A DNA stretch of 64,000 bases from Eledone cirrhosa (taxonomy: Eukaryota): NCBI GenBank assembly GCA_964016885.1, contig OZ024741.1, positions 410,068,001 through 410,132,000 on the forward strand, written 5' to 3'. A program made the position numbers and the translations under genes. The stretch's first letter is position 1, and every line of letters begins with the position of its first letter. Of this stretch, positions 51,480 through 64,000 are shown in pieces. Below the pieces are notes generated by a model that worked only from the letters and a program-made list of their open reading frames with translations, searched no databases and had not been told where the DNA came from.

Positions 51480-54400
51480 GATGGAGAGTCTGAGCACTCA
51501 CAATGACAAAGATAAATTCACCTCCCATCTCCGGACGAGCATGCAAGCACTCCTCTTTATTTCAGACATGGAAGACCAAGACCAACATAATTCCATCTCC
51601 CACATCCCTCCCTGTGCTCCCATCCCATCCCTTCCACCCTCCCAGCGAAATACAAAACTTCAGAGTTGGTACCATGAATGTAGGTACCTTAAAAGGTCGC
51701 TCTAACGAGGTTGAAGAGATGCTTGAACGTAAAGTAGTTGATGTTTGTTGTGTTCAAGAGACCACATGGATGGGTGGGTCTGCTAGATTCATTGTGGGTA
51801 AAAAACGATGCTATAAACTTTTCTGGGTGGAAAATGACAATGGGCTGGGTGGTGTAGGAATTATGTTAGCTGAAGAATGGGTAGATAAGGTGATTGACGT
51901 AAATAGAATGAATGACAGAATAATTAAAATAAGACTAGTTCTAAATAGAACTACTGTGACAATAATATCCGCTTATGCACCCCAATCTGATCTACCTGGC
52001 GTTATAAAGGACAGATTCTATGAGTCGCTAATGCACACTACCTCCCAAATAACCGACAGTGACTACATAATTATTGCTGGTGACTTTAATGGTCATGTTG
52101 GACAACATTGTGATGGCTATGATGGAATCCTTGGAGGCTATGGGTTTAGTACTAGAAATGAAGAAGGATTCAGGATTCTGGAATTCTGTGACACTAATAA
52201 CCTAACTATCTGTAACACAAACTTCAAAAAACGAGACAATCACTTGATCAACTATAGATCAGGGGAACACACCAGTCAGATAGATTATATCCTTACTAGA
52301 AGACGTGACAGAGTGTCTGTTGTAAACACTAAGTCCCTCCCTCATGAAGAATGCACCTCCCAACATAGCCTAATAGTTAGTGACCTCATAGTCAGGACTA
52401 TACGTACTCACTGACAGAGGACCACCCTGAGGAGAAGAATATGGAAGTTGAAAGACCCCACAGCCAGTAACAAATTTAAAATCATATTACTTGATGCTTT
52501 TGACAGTAAAGAAGAGCAATTAGGGATGTACAATATAGAGGAACAGTGGGAATTCCTGAAAGTTAACCTGCTGAAGGCAACAGATGAAATCTGTGGCTGG
52601 GGCAGACCTTTAGGCAGGAGGAGAGTAACTTGGTGGTGGAACAATAAGGTGGAGGAGACAATGAAGGCCAAAAAGCAGGCTTGGAAAGAATGGCAGAATG
52701 GGGGAAGTAAAGAACATTATCAGGTGGTTAGGAGGGAAGCTAGGAGACAAATGTACTTTGCAAGAAGGGAAGCAGAGGATAGAAAGTTCAACTATGTTCT
52801 ACAGCGCGACGACCAAAGATGTGAGGTGTTCAGGATTGTGAGACAATGTGTAAATGAGAATTGTGATATTGTCGGGGAGAAGTGTGTCTGTAATGATGAT
52901 GGTGTACTTCCCTCATTGATACTGATAAGAAAGTAGCTTGGAAGTGTCACTACGAGAGAAAACTAAATGAGTAGAATGAATGGGAAAAAGATAGTTTGCC
53001 ACAAGTTGTTCCAACAGAGATGCCAGCTGTGCAAGTTAATGGTAGTATAATAAGTAAGGCAATTAAAGATATGAAGACAGGCAAGGCAGCTGGGCCTTTG
53101 GAGATAGTTGCTGAAATGCTGAAAGCATCTGGAATGGTCACCAGGATAGTAAACCAAGTAATACAGAATGTGGTCATACCAAATGACTAGTGTAGCAGCA
53201 TCATCATTAGCTGCTATAAGGGCAAAGGAGATGCCCTAGATAGGGGAAACTATAGGGGTATTAAATTAGTTGACCAGGTCATGAAGGTCACAGAAAGAGT
53301 TATTGCACAACTAATTAAAGACTGAATTGATCTAGATGAAATGCAGTTTGGGTTTGTGTCTGGTAAAAGTACCACAGATGCTCTCTTCCTTGTACGGCAA
53401 CTACAGGAGAAGTACCTAGTTAAAAGTAAACCCCTCTACTTAGCTTATGTTGACTTGGAGAAAGCCTTTGACAGAGTCCCCCGCTCCATTATCTGGTGGG
53501 CTCTTAGAAAACTAGGTGTAGATGAATGGCTTGTGAGAGCTATACAAGCTATGTATAGAGGAACAGTCAGCAAGGTTAGAATTAACAATGAATATAGTGA
53601 AGAATTTAGTGTAAAAGTAGGTGTTCATCAAGGCTTCGTCCTTAGCCCTCCTGTTTATTATTGCCCTACAGGCTATAACAGAAGAGTTTAAGACTAGCTG
53701 CCCATGGGAACTTCTATACGCAGATGATCTAACTCTCATAGCTGAATCTATGGCTGAACTAGAGAAGAAATTCGAAACATGGAAGCATGGCCTAGAATCA
53801 AAAGGCCTTAAAGTTAACTTGTCTAAGACTAAAGTTCTAGTATGTAGAAAGGAGAATAGGGCACAGGTGCCCTCTGGGAAATGGCCTTGCTCAGTGCGTA
53901 GGAAAGGAGTAGGTAGAAATTCCATTCTATGTTCCAAATTCAAACTATGGGTACATAAAAGATGTAGTGGGATCACAGGTAAGCTAACTAAGAACGTAGA
54001 TTTTATATGTGACCGATGCTCAGGTGCAATAAGTAGCAAGTGCCCACAGGATACTAGCTCCTTCTATTGCTCAGATGGTTCTATAGAAATAGTGGACACT
54101 TTCCGTTACCTGGGTGACAAGATCAGTAGTGGTGGAGGTTGTTCTGAAAGTACAGTAGACAGAGTAAGAACGGGATGGAAAAAGTTCAGAGAGCTTATAC
54201 CGCTATTGGCCGCTAAAGGGTTCTCTCTAAAAATGAAAGGCTGGCTGTATGATGCCTGCATACGAACAGCAATATTACATGGCAGTGAGACAAGGGCATT
54301 GTGTGCAGAGGATCTACGCAGACTGGAAAGGACTGAAGCATGCATACTCCGTTGGATGTGTAATAGCAATATACGTGAACGACAAAGCATATATGAACTA

Positions 54401-55209
54401 AGTGAGAAATTAGGAATAAGAGGGATCAGATGCTGTTTACTCGAGAGAAGACTATGTTGGTATGGTCATGTGATGCGCATGAAAGATGACAGTTGTATAA
54501 AAAAGTGCAGGGCGATCAAAATTGATGGCAGCTATGGAGTAGGTAGACCCAGAAAAACCTGGGACGAGGTGATAAAATCTGACCTTACACACTTACACCT
54601 CTCTAAGACAATGTCACTGGACCGAGATCTTTGGCGCTACGCAGTAATACAGAAGACCCACCTTGCCTATGTACAAAGTGAAACCTACAGACAGTAGGTA
54701 CCTCTTAATCAAATATATGCCCCACCCCACACACCCTACTCCATCGTCCCACTTCCATCCACACCACCCTTTCTCTGTTATGTTGGTACCACACAACACC
54801 CAGTCCACGCTGTAAAGTGGTCGTGTAGGAGACATGGTAAAAGGCTCCCAGTCCACGCTATAAAGTGGTCGTGTAGGAGACACGGTAAAAGGCTCCCAGT
54901 CCACGCTATAAAGTGGTCGTGTAGGAGACACGGTAAAAGGCTCCCAGTCCACGCTATAAAGTGGTCGTGTAGGAGACATGGTAAAAGGCTCCCAGTCCAC
55001 GCTATAAAGTGGTCGTGTAGGAGACACGGTAAAAGGCTCCCAGTCCACACTGTAAATATGGTTGGCGTTAGGAAGATCTTCCAGCTGTAGAAAACCTGCT
55101 AGAAACAGTTCTATATGAGCAAGACACGGTCACCTTACCAATCTTGCCTCAAGTGGGACAAACTTATCTAACCCATGCTAGTGTGGAAGATGGACGTGGT
55201 GATGATGAT
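51480..55209 (+). mobile_element. Near full-length RTE LINE (APE endonuclease + RT), disrupted by stops and frameshifts
   Basis: APE motifs GTMNVGTL, CVQET, SAYAPQ, GDFNGHVG, IDYIL; RT motifs YVDLEKAFD, LLYADD; stops at 52412, ~52972, 53188 and ~53323; frameshifts near 52920 and 53645; (GAT)n tail. Confidence 0.95.
54799..55055 (+). repeat. 48-bp tandem repeat (~5.3 copies) in the RTE 3' UTR
   Basis: CCCAGTCCACGCTATAAAGTGGTCGTGTAGGAGACACGGTAAAAGGCT. Confidence 0.95.
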
Positions 55210-55211
55210 AT

Positions 55212-55549
55212 ATCATCATCATCATCATTTTACGTCCGCTTTTCCCTGCTTGCAAGAGTGGGACGGGAACTTATTCTGGCTTGATTTCTACAGCTGGATG
55301 CCCTTCCTAACACCAACCTCATTTACAGTGAGTGCTGGGTGCTTTTTTGCCGTGGCACCTACACGACCACTTTGCAGTGGAATGATAGGGACCCCAGCCC
55401 CTATCATCTCATTTCTACAGCTGAGTAAACTGGAGCAATGTGAAATAAAGTGTCTTGCTCAAGGAAACAATACATCACCCGGTCTGAGAATTGAACTCAC
55501 AACCTTTCGATTGCAAGCCCAATGCTCTAACCACTAAGCCATGTGCCTC
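55212..55549 (-). mobile_element. Composite SINE (tRNA head + RTE tail), tail-to-tail with the RTE
   Basis: Near-identical to 43474-43807. Confidence 0.8.
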
Positions 55550-55573
55550 CATATATATGTATGTATATATAAT

Positions 55574-56860
55574 CATCATCATCATTGTTTTAATGTCTGC
55601 TTTCCATGCTAGCAAGAGTTAGACAGGTGTACATAGACCAAGTCAGTACTGAAGCAATGGCTACTGATCTCGCAGACAGTCCAGGGATCTGTTTCTCACA
55701 TTTCATCAAGTACTCAGGAGAGGTTGTCATGTCTTTTCCACAACTAAGGGTCCTCCCAACCCTTTGCTTGGCAAACTTTCTACAGCTGGATGGGCTTGTA
55801 CTGGGTGTGTTTATCATGTAGATCACCAACACTAGGGAAGCTGTCATGTCCTTGACACGACTGAAGGGTCCTCCTGGCCTTTTGTTTGGTAAGCCCTCCA
55901 CAGCTGGATGCCCTTCCCATTACTAACCACTTCACAAGAGTGTGTGTGGTGAGAAGTGTGTTGTGATATTCAGAATAGCTAGTGAGGGGTCTCGGGAGTA
56001 GCTCTGGTCACATTGTATGCTGCTGGGTCTTTCTCAGCCCCACATAGTGCTACCCTTCAGTCTTTAGTCATTTATGTTGTGAGGTTTAGTTTTTTAATGT
56101 CGGTCTTCATGACTTCATCCCATGTCTTCCTAGGTCTGCTCTTCCAAATAATATATATATAAACCTCTAGCCCACACTGTAAAGTGGTCATGTAGATGTG
56201 TCACAACAAAAGACACCCAGTACACATGTAGGTGTCACGACAAAAAGCGCCAGCACACACTGTGAATGTGGCTGTGCTAGAAAGGGCATCCAGCTGTAGA
56301 AACCAAGCCCAAATTGGTTCTTTCATGGTCACCTGACCTGACATTGCTCACAACAGGATAACTCGTCTAACCCATACCAGTGTGGAAAAGTGGATGTTAG
56401 ACGGTAATGATGATGATAATATATAGCCTTTGTTGTGCTGTCAAACATGTCCACTGAAGTCACCTGCTCAGATGATAAGGTCTCTGTCGTCAGTAACTGA
56501 GGTTATCTGTTAAAGTTGGTAATAAAAGCAGTCCTTTTGTTCCTTACTCAGTTCTGCTTGTGGTACATATCTGGAGATAATTGTTGTCATTCTGTTACCT
56601 TTGATAATTCTGTTGCTCTAACTACTTCAGTTACCTTATCTACTCACTTCTCAGCTGATAGTAAACCTACTCCACAAATACCATCATTGTCACCCACACA
56701 GAAGAGTTTGTATCTATGTTGCTTGCCTTTGAAAGTCTTGCAGAGTCACCTCTCCATCTCACACCATACATCCACTCCTTGCTTCTCAAACAACTCCACA
56801 ATTTCACCTGATCTACCTTTCAGTGTATCCACATTCAGAGTAGCAGCTCTGACATCAGGT
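55574..56860. mobile_element. Cluster of RTE-family scraps: 3' tails on both strands, C-terminal GRPRKTWDEV fragment (~55960-56146, -) and APE N-terminal fragment (~56640-56860, -)
   Basis: Similarity to the RTE at 51480-55209. Confidence 0.6.
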
Positions 56861-57460
56861 ACCTAGTAAGGTTAATTTGGTTCTTTTGTAGGTCTTTGTA
56901 CTTGGAAGAGTACAAGGGTACGCAATTGTTTGATGACGGTTGAGGGGTTCTCGTACATGTTTAAGTTAACCACCCAACAATCATGCACAGCACTAACATG
57001 ACAAATGTTAGTTTTGAATATGCAATAAATGAGAGATTTACATGTTATACTTTGCATATATTTGACAAGGTTTTACTGGCTGGATGCCCTTCCTAACACC
57101 ATCACCACTTTACAGAGTGGACTGGGTGCATTATTCATGCCACCAGCACTAGAAAGATTGTCTTACTGGACTGAAGGGACCTCTCTACCCTGTATCAGTT
57201 TTTATTCAGAGTGAATGTTCTCCTAAAGGGGTTACCTAATTCCAGCTTACAGAGACTATGTCTGCTCTCTGCAGTGGTATTTTATTCAGAGCAATTACCT
57301 TCCTAGATGGGTTACCTTCTCTATGGTTTACAGAGCCATCGCCCTTCTAGATGGGTTACTTTCTCTACACCTCATGGAGCCTATATCAGCCTCATGCAGT
57401 CACATTTTATTCAGAGTCACTGTGTTGATAGATAAGAGAAAAGAGTACTCAATATGTAAG

Positions 57461-57552
57461 TAGAGTCAGTATATTTCACCTGTTTATCACAGGATCATCT
57501 TATCTGATGACCCTGTGAGTGTGCAGGTGAAACTCCAGAGTAACAAGACTCA
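57461..57552 (+). ncRNA. Type I hammerhead (57498-57548, +) with an adjacent inverted, truncated twin (57461-57499, -)
   Basis: Stem I UCUUAU/ACAAGA with one mismatch; CUGAUGA 57504-57510; CCUGU/GCAGG; GAAA 57529-57532; helix III ACUC/GAGU; GUA. The twin reads GAUGAUCCUGUGAUAAACAGGUGAAA. Confidence 0.7.
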
Positions 57553-58079
57553 CTATTTAAATATAATAAATGAATATATATCAACACCATAATCATTTAA
57601 CGTCCATCTTCCACGCTAGTGTCGGTAGGGCGGGTTAACTCTTAGGGAGAGAACCAGGTCAGAGGACCATGTTTAGTTCACCTGAGGCAGATTTTTGCTT
57701 AGTTTCTACAGCTAGATGCCCTTCTTAATGCCAACCACATTTATAGTGTGTGCTGGGCACTTTTTGTTGTATCACCTACATGACCACATTACAGTGGGCA
57801 CTTTTTGTCATGTCACCGATAAAATAGTCCACCCTATATGCTGATACAGGGCCACTACAACCAAAGCATCCCAGTTCATCCTGTAAGGTGGTCATGAAGG
57901 TGACGTGAGAAAAAGCACTCTCTCCACCTTGTAATGTGGTCGTGCTGGTGACTCAACAAAAAGCACCCAGTTCACCCTGTACCATGGTTGAAGTTAGGAA
58001 GAGCATCCAACCGTAGAAATCAAGCCAAAATACAGATCCGTATGAGCATGAGGTGATCTCTGAACCTGACTTATCTCAT

Positions 58080-60803
58080 AATGTGACATATCTAAATCAG
58101 AACAACCTGCCATCCCCTGCACATAATCATATACTGGAATCAAGGTACAAATTGTTGTCCTTGAATGCACGTAGTCTATGCATAAGATTTATCTTTTTGA
58201 CTCCTACGTCAAAAGTATCAACCCTAACTTCATTACAGTCATGGAAACTTGGGCACATCCCTTACTCTGTGATGGGGTTTTCAGCATAACTGGCTACAAC
58301 CTGTTTCGTAAAGAGATTGACTGGGAAACCTTTCATTGGCCGCCAAGTGCAAATGACTTCCTTGAGCTAGTGCTGGACTTGAATTGGTCCCAAGTAGTCA
58401 CCTCCCCAACAAGAGGTGACAACACTTTGGACCTACTCTTCACCACTACTCCTGAAACGGTCATTAGTGTTACTGCTGAAGAACCTTTAGGTGACTCTGA
58501 TCATGCTATGATCATTGCCAATCTATCCCTCATGGGCAATAACAAAAACCACAACCATCTCCAAACTGCTCACTTTGACTGGAATAAAGCAGACTGGAAC
58601 TGTTACTGCACCGAGTTGCAACATCCAAACTGGCTTGAGTTCTACGACTCTGGAGATGTCAACACTGTACTCCTGAACATCCTGAGCTCAATATGGACAG
58701 CATGTGCAGCATCGGTGCCACGTAAGCGGAAAAAACATCCCAAAAGTGCAATTTAGGAGACTTAGTCCGTCTTGCCAGAAAAGAACATCGCAATGCTAAA
58801 CGTGAGTACAAACTGCACAAATCAGACATCAATAGGAAGAGGCGAAATAAATCGTCCAACCATCTCAAACAGGTGACAAAAAAGGCAGTGCTTCAATTTG
58901 AGCAGCGCATAGCAACCAGCCCTGACAGTAAGGTGTTCTGGAAGTATGTTCACTCAAAGCAGAGGCCTCACTCTCCAGTTGGTCCTCTTCACAATCCACA
59001 CACAAGCCAGGTTACTGACGACCTCAAGGAATGCGCAGAGCTCATTGCTGAATGCTATGCAGGCATTTTCACTATTGAAGACCAGAGTGTACCGTCTCCA
59101 CCACCTATGACACCGGACTCTATTACAACCATGGAATTTAGACCTGCAATGCTGCGACGTCACCTAAAAAATAAACGTAACCATGCCTCTCCTAGTCTTG
59201 ATGGTGTTACGTACCTGCTTCTTAAACGCGGTGGGTACTTCCTTCTACACCAGTTATCACGCTTCTTCCAATTCTGTCTGAACAACGGTGCTACTCCAGA
59301 ATAGTGGAAAACTGCCAGTGTCATTCCTCTGTTCAAAAAGGGTGACCGCACATCACCTGTGAACTATCGTCCAGTCAGTCTTACTAGTTGCATTGCCAAA
59401 CTGATGGAATCCTGTGTCAGAGAAACACTTTGGGACTTCTGGAACTCTCACAGTCTTATCCGTCCCTCGCAATTTGGATCTATCCCCAACTCCAGCAGCT
59501 GTGATCAACTTATCGAGTTTCTTGAGGACATCACCCGGATCACTGATGGCGGCTCATGGGTGGATGTTGTTTACCTTGACTTTGCGAAAGCCTTCAATTC
59601 TGTGCCACACAAAAGGTTTATGGCAAAACTCTCTGCAATGGGTGTGAAGGATGATCTTTTTAACTGGTTGAAGTCCTTCATTCTCAGTCGAAGAGAGGTA
59701 GTCACGGTTCTGGGACAGCATTCCTCACCATATGAGATGTCATCTGGTGTACCACAGGGATCTGTTCTTGGCCCCCTTTTGTTTGTGGCATATATTAATG
59801 ACATAGATGCCAACTTAAAGAATGTCATAGTACTAAAGTATGCAGATGACATCAAGCTGTACCTTGAGATAAAAAGGACAGATCCTGAACACTATAGATC
59901 TTGCTTGCAGTCTGACCTGGACACAATGCAACAATGGATCTCAGACTGGCAACTCAAGCTAGCTGTGGACAAGTGCACCACCATGCATTTTGGGAGTAAA
60001 AACCCAGCGTCCAAATACTCCCTCCACAGCACTAATATCAATTAGTCTTCTTGTGAACGTGACCTGGGCATTACGGTCAGCAGCGATTTGCGTTGGACGA
60101 AGCACGTCTCTAAAATTGTCAAGAGGGCTGAGGGTACCTTAGCATAACTCAGCAAGACCTTTATCAGCCACTCTCCAGCTATCTATTTAAGGCTGTACAT
60201 GGCTATGGTGCGGCCACACTTAGAATTTGCATCACCAGTCTGGAACCCCTATCTTGCTCAGAACATTGACCACCTGGGAACTGTTCAGACACATGCAACC
60301 AAGCGAATACCCTCCATCAGGCATCTACCATACTCTGAACGCCTTGCTTCCCTGGGCATGGATACATTGAAGCTCCAACGCCTGGCAACTGACTTGGTAA
60401 ACACCCACAAAATTGTTAACCATCTTGCCAACAACAACCCTGAGTACGTTTTTGATTTCCATGTGTCTAACACACGTGGGCATGCTCACAAAGTCAGAAA
60501 ACAGCACAGCTCCCATGACTTTCGGAAACAATTTTTCACGTTCAGAGTTGCTGAAGCATGGAACAAACTACCTGCATCAGTTGTTAGCTGTCGAGACACT
60601 GCATCCTTTAAAACCCTCATGCTTCCTGAAATTCGCCAACACTACACCTAATGTTCCCCCTCCATACACATAAACACATGTATATCATGGCTCATACACT
60701 ATTTACTTCCCTGACATTTGTATATTATTCTATGTACTATACATGCACCTTTGACGAGTTGTAGTGCACCTGAGCACTGTACACAATAATTTCATTATTA
60801 TTA
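58080..60803 (+). mobile_element. CR1-like LINE (internally deleted APE + RT), decayed
   Basis: SLNARSL, PTRGDNTLDL, SDH, NYRPVSLTS, YLDFAKAF, GVPQGSVLGP, KYADD, VRPHLEFASPVWNP; stops at 59302 and 60043; (ATT)n tail. Confidence 0.92.
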
Positions 60804-60811
60804 TATATATG

Positions 60812-60862
<51 letters not shown>

Positions 60863-60940
60863 AGATCATGAGTTAAATTTGGAGTAACCACAGTAAGGTA
60901 CTCGATACATTAGTAGAGTGAAAACAACATTTAACATAGA

Positions 60941-61050
60941 AATAGTTTCTATCGGACTAGGACTGTTTCATTTGTATAAAACCATCAAAGAATGTGCATT
61001 TCTCATGATTTCATGCAAATGAAACAGTTTTAGTCCTGTAGAAGCTATTT
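60941..61050. mobile_element. Short fold-back with two decayed hammerhead cores
   Basis: + strand CUCAUGA...GAAACAG...tagtcctgtagaagc (last 15 nt identical to 2248-2262); inverted copy at 60941-60990. Confidence 0.55.
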
Positions 61051-61430
61051 ATATATATTATATATATTATATATATTATATATATTATATATATCATATA
61101 TATTATATATATTATATATATCATATATATTATATATATTATATATATTATATATATTATATATATTATATATATTATATATATTATATATATTATATAT
61201 ATTATATATATTATATATAATATATATCATATATATCATATATATTATATATATTATATATATTATATATATTATATATATAATATATATCACATATATT
61301 ATATATATTATATATATTATATATATCATATATATTATATATATTATATATATTATATATATTATATATATTATATATATCATATATATATTATATATAT
61401 TATATATATTATATATATTATATATATGTA
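61050..61430. repeat. 9-bp (ATATATATT)n AT minisatellite
   Basis: Direct reading. Confidence 0.9.
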
Positions 61431-61520
61431 TATGTGAGTGTTGTAAAATTATTTATACTTAACTCGTCCTGTGGACTGAGTGATCTGACCCTTGGACATT
61501 TCTACCAAACTTTTACTACA

Positions 61521-61570
<50 letters not shown>

Positions 61571-61647
61571 GTATATGTGTGTACATATGAATGTGTGTGT
61601 GTGTGTATGCATGTGTGTATGTGTGTGTATACATAGCCATATGGTTT

Positions 61648-63238
61648 GTTTTAAGAACAAAGGCAGCAAAACTGACTGTGGCAACTATCGGGGCATCTCT
61701 CTCCTGTCCATCGCTGGGAAGGTCCTGGCTGGGATCATGCTCAACCACCCCATCGCCAACATCTCAGAGGACAACCTGCCTGAGACCCAGTGTGGGTTCC
61801 ACCCAAACCACAGCACAATCGACATGATCTTCTCTGTACGCCAGGTGCAGGAGAAGTGTGTCGAGCAGAACATGGACCTCTTTGCCGTCTTCATAGACTT
61901 GACGAAGGCCTTCGACACTGTCAGCAGGGAGGCCCTCTGGTCAATCCTGTCGAAGTTTAGATACCCAAGCAAGTTCGTGAACCTGATATGGCAATTCCAT
62001 GACGACATGACCGGGCAGGTGCACTCGGGCGGAGAGGCATCGGGGCTGTTCAGAATCACCAACGGCGTCAAGCAAGGATGCGTGCTGGCTCCCGTCCTCT
62101 TCAACCTGTTCTTCACCTGCGTGCTCAATCATGCCATCAGGGACCTCAAGCACGGAGTGTATCTGCGATACAGAATGGATGACTCCCTGATTGACCTGCG
62201 GCACCTGACGGCCAAGTCAAGGACCGTGCAGAGGATCGTCCTGGAGGCTCTTTTTGCTGACGACTGTGCCCTCATGGCCCACAGGGAGTCTGACCTCCAA
62301 GTCATCGTCAACAAGTTTGCGGAGGCCCCCTGCCTCTTCGGTCTCACAATTAGCCTTAGCAAGACTGAGGTCCTGTTCCAGCCTGCACCTGCCTCCATCG
62401 CCCACCCTACTTCCATCTCCATCGGAGGCACCCAGCTAAAGACGGTGGACAACTTCAAGTACCTTGGCAGTGTCATCAGCAGCGATGGAAGCCTCGACAA
62501 GGAGATAAACGCCAGAATCTGCAAGGCCAATCAAGCCCTTGGCTGCCTGAAGACACGCGTTCTGAACCAGCATAACATCAGGCAGTCCACCAAGCTCAAG
62601 GTGTCCAGGGCTGTTGTTCTCACCAGCCTCCTCTACGGATGTGAGACATGGACCCTGTACAGAAGGCACCTGAAGCAGCTGGAACGGTTCCACGTGCGCA
62701 GCCTGCGGTCAATTATGAACATCAAATGGCAGGACAAGGTGTCCAACCTCGAAGTTCTTGACATGGCTGAGACAACCAGTGTCGAAGCTATGATACTGAA
62801 GAGCCGACTTCGATGGGTGGGACATGTCATCCGGATGGACGATCACAGGCTTCCGAAGCAACTGATGTATGGGGAACTCTGTTTGAGGAAACGAAAGTGG
62901 GGCAGGCCTCTCAAGAGGCCCAAAGACTGCGTGAACTCCAGTATCAACAACACTGGAATCGCCCTAAAACAACTCGCGTCTCATGCTCAGGAGAGGACTG
63001 AGTGGCGAGCCCTTACCAGATGCGCCAAAGACTCTTTTGAAGAGAAAAGACGGACAGAGGTCACTGAGGCTCGTGAAAGACATTAGCAGCTGCCCTAAGC
63101 GACTCCGGTTTCTTCCCCTGCTCCCACTGTCCCTGGACCTGCAAGTCAAGGATCGGCCTCCACAGCCACCTTCGTGCCCACAGCAGACGGGGACAACAAT
63201 AAAGATGTCATCATCGTTTATGATGGACAATCAAGACA
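61648..63238 (+). mobile_element. 5'-truncated RTE (BovB-like) LINE, RT region open over ~480 codons
   Basis: NYRGISLLS, FIDLTKAFD, GVKQGC, LFADD, LLYGCETW, WVGHVIRM; a frameshifted C2H2 finger CSHCPWTC...HSHLRAH follows the stop at 63086. Confidence 0.92.
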
Positions 63239-63465
63239 GCCATATGTGTGAAAGTGTGGTATGTATGTTACTTATGTGAAAATTATGAAGGAGTGACTGA
63301 GACTAGGAAAAAAAAGGAAGGGACAAGTGTTTCAAATGTAATTGATATGTTGGGTTTAATATAAAAGATTTTAGTTGAAGAGTTTCTGTAGCTTGTCAAC
63401 ATCGGCTACAGAGACTGCCGCCAAATAACTGGCCATTTTTGGTGAGAGATACATAGATATATAGA

Positions 63466-63840
63466 CAGTGTGTGTGTGTGTGTGTGTGCGTATGTGTGTT
63501 TATGTATGTATATATGTATGTATGATGTATGTATATGTGTGTGTGTATGTGTGTGTGTGTTTATGTATGTATATTTGTATTTATGATGTATGCATATGTG
63601 TATGTATGTGTGTATGTATATGTATGTTTGTGTGTATGTATATTCTTCTGGTTTTATAATTATAAAAGTCAGTTTCTAACATAGACACAAGACTCTCTCA
63701 TTGGAATTTACACATCTAGTAGATATGTATTGCATGTGTAGGTATGCATGTTATTGTGTGTGTGTGGATGTGTATGTTACATTGAGTTGTATGTGTGCAT
63801 GTGCATATACTTTGTATCTGTACATGTGTATATGCAGTTA
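63466..63840. repeat. Degenerate (GT)n/(GTAT)n microsatellite
   Basis: Direct reading. Confidence 0.85.
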
Positions 63841-64000
63841 TTAGATGCAAAATTTTTGGAATGTTTTACATGTTTTTACTGTCCCATTAATGGATTGTAC
63901 TTGTAATTTCCTAACTAGTTGTGTTCTTTCTGTTCCTGTGAAGCCCAGCTCCTCAAGATTTGTATTGAGGCAGTTACTAACATACCCCAGTGCCCCAATA

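Noticed and set aside
54614-55050. Repeat-protein ORFs (DWEPFTVSPTRPLYSV)n
   Set aside because: Antisense translation of the 48-bp RTE 3' UTR repeat.
61434-61647. N-terminus of the 550-aa ORF
   Set aside because: Microsatellite read-through fused by chance to the truncated LINE RT.
63376-63420. TTGAAGA followed by a strong hairpin as a hammerhead
   Set aside because: No GAAA box or helix III follows the hairpin.

Overview
AT-rich, microsatellite-dense eukaryotic DNA. The SINE, RTE and piggyBac-MITE families look like those of a coleoid cephalopod (Octopus-like); this is an inference from repeat families. The only cellular gene I can support is a minus-strand clan-3 (CYP3A-like) cytochrome P450, seen as two small exons (41689-41785 and 5215-5270). 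The ~36.4-kb intron between them is almost entirely a ~34.3-kb array of a 40-bp satellite (~860 monomers, with 2759-bp and 1500-bp higher-order repeats). The rest is mobile DNA: a near full-length decayed RTE LINE, CR1, BovB-like RTE and Tx1 fragments, tRNA-derived SINEs, a piggyBac-type MITE and minisatellites. The signal least explained by the ORF track is a set of about ten loci carrying type I hammerhead ribozyme motifs, which I folded by eye. Two have canonical cores and several have compensatory U3-A8 cores. Most lie in short non-coding fold-back elements in or beside (TA)n tracts, which resemble non-autonomous Penelope-like (PLE) derivatives. Most ORFs in the supplied track are microsatellite or antisense artefacts.
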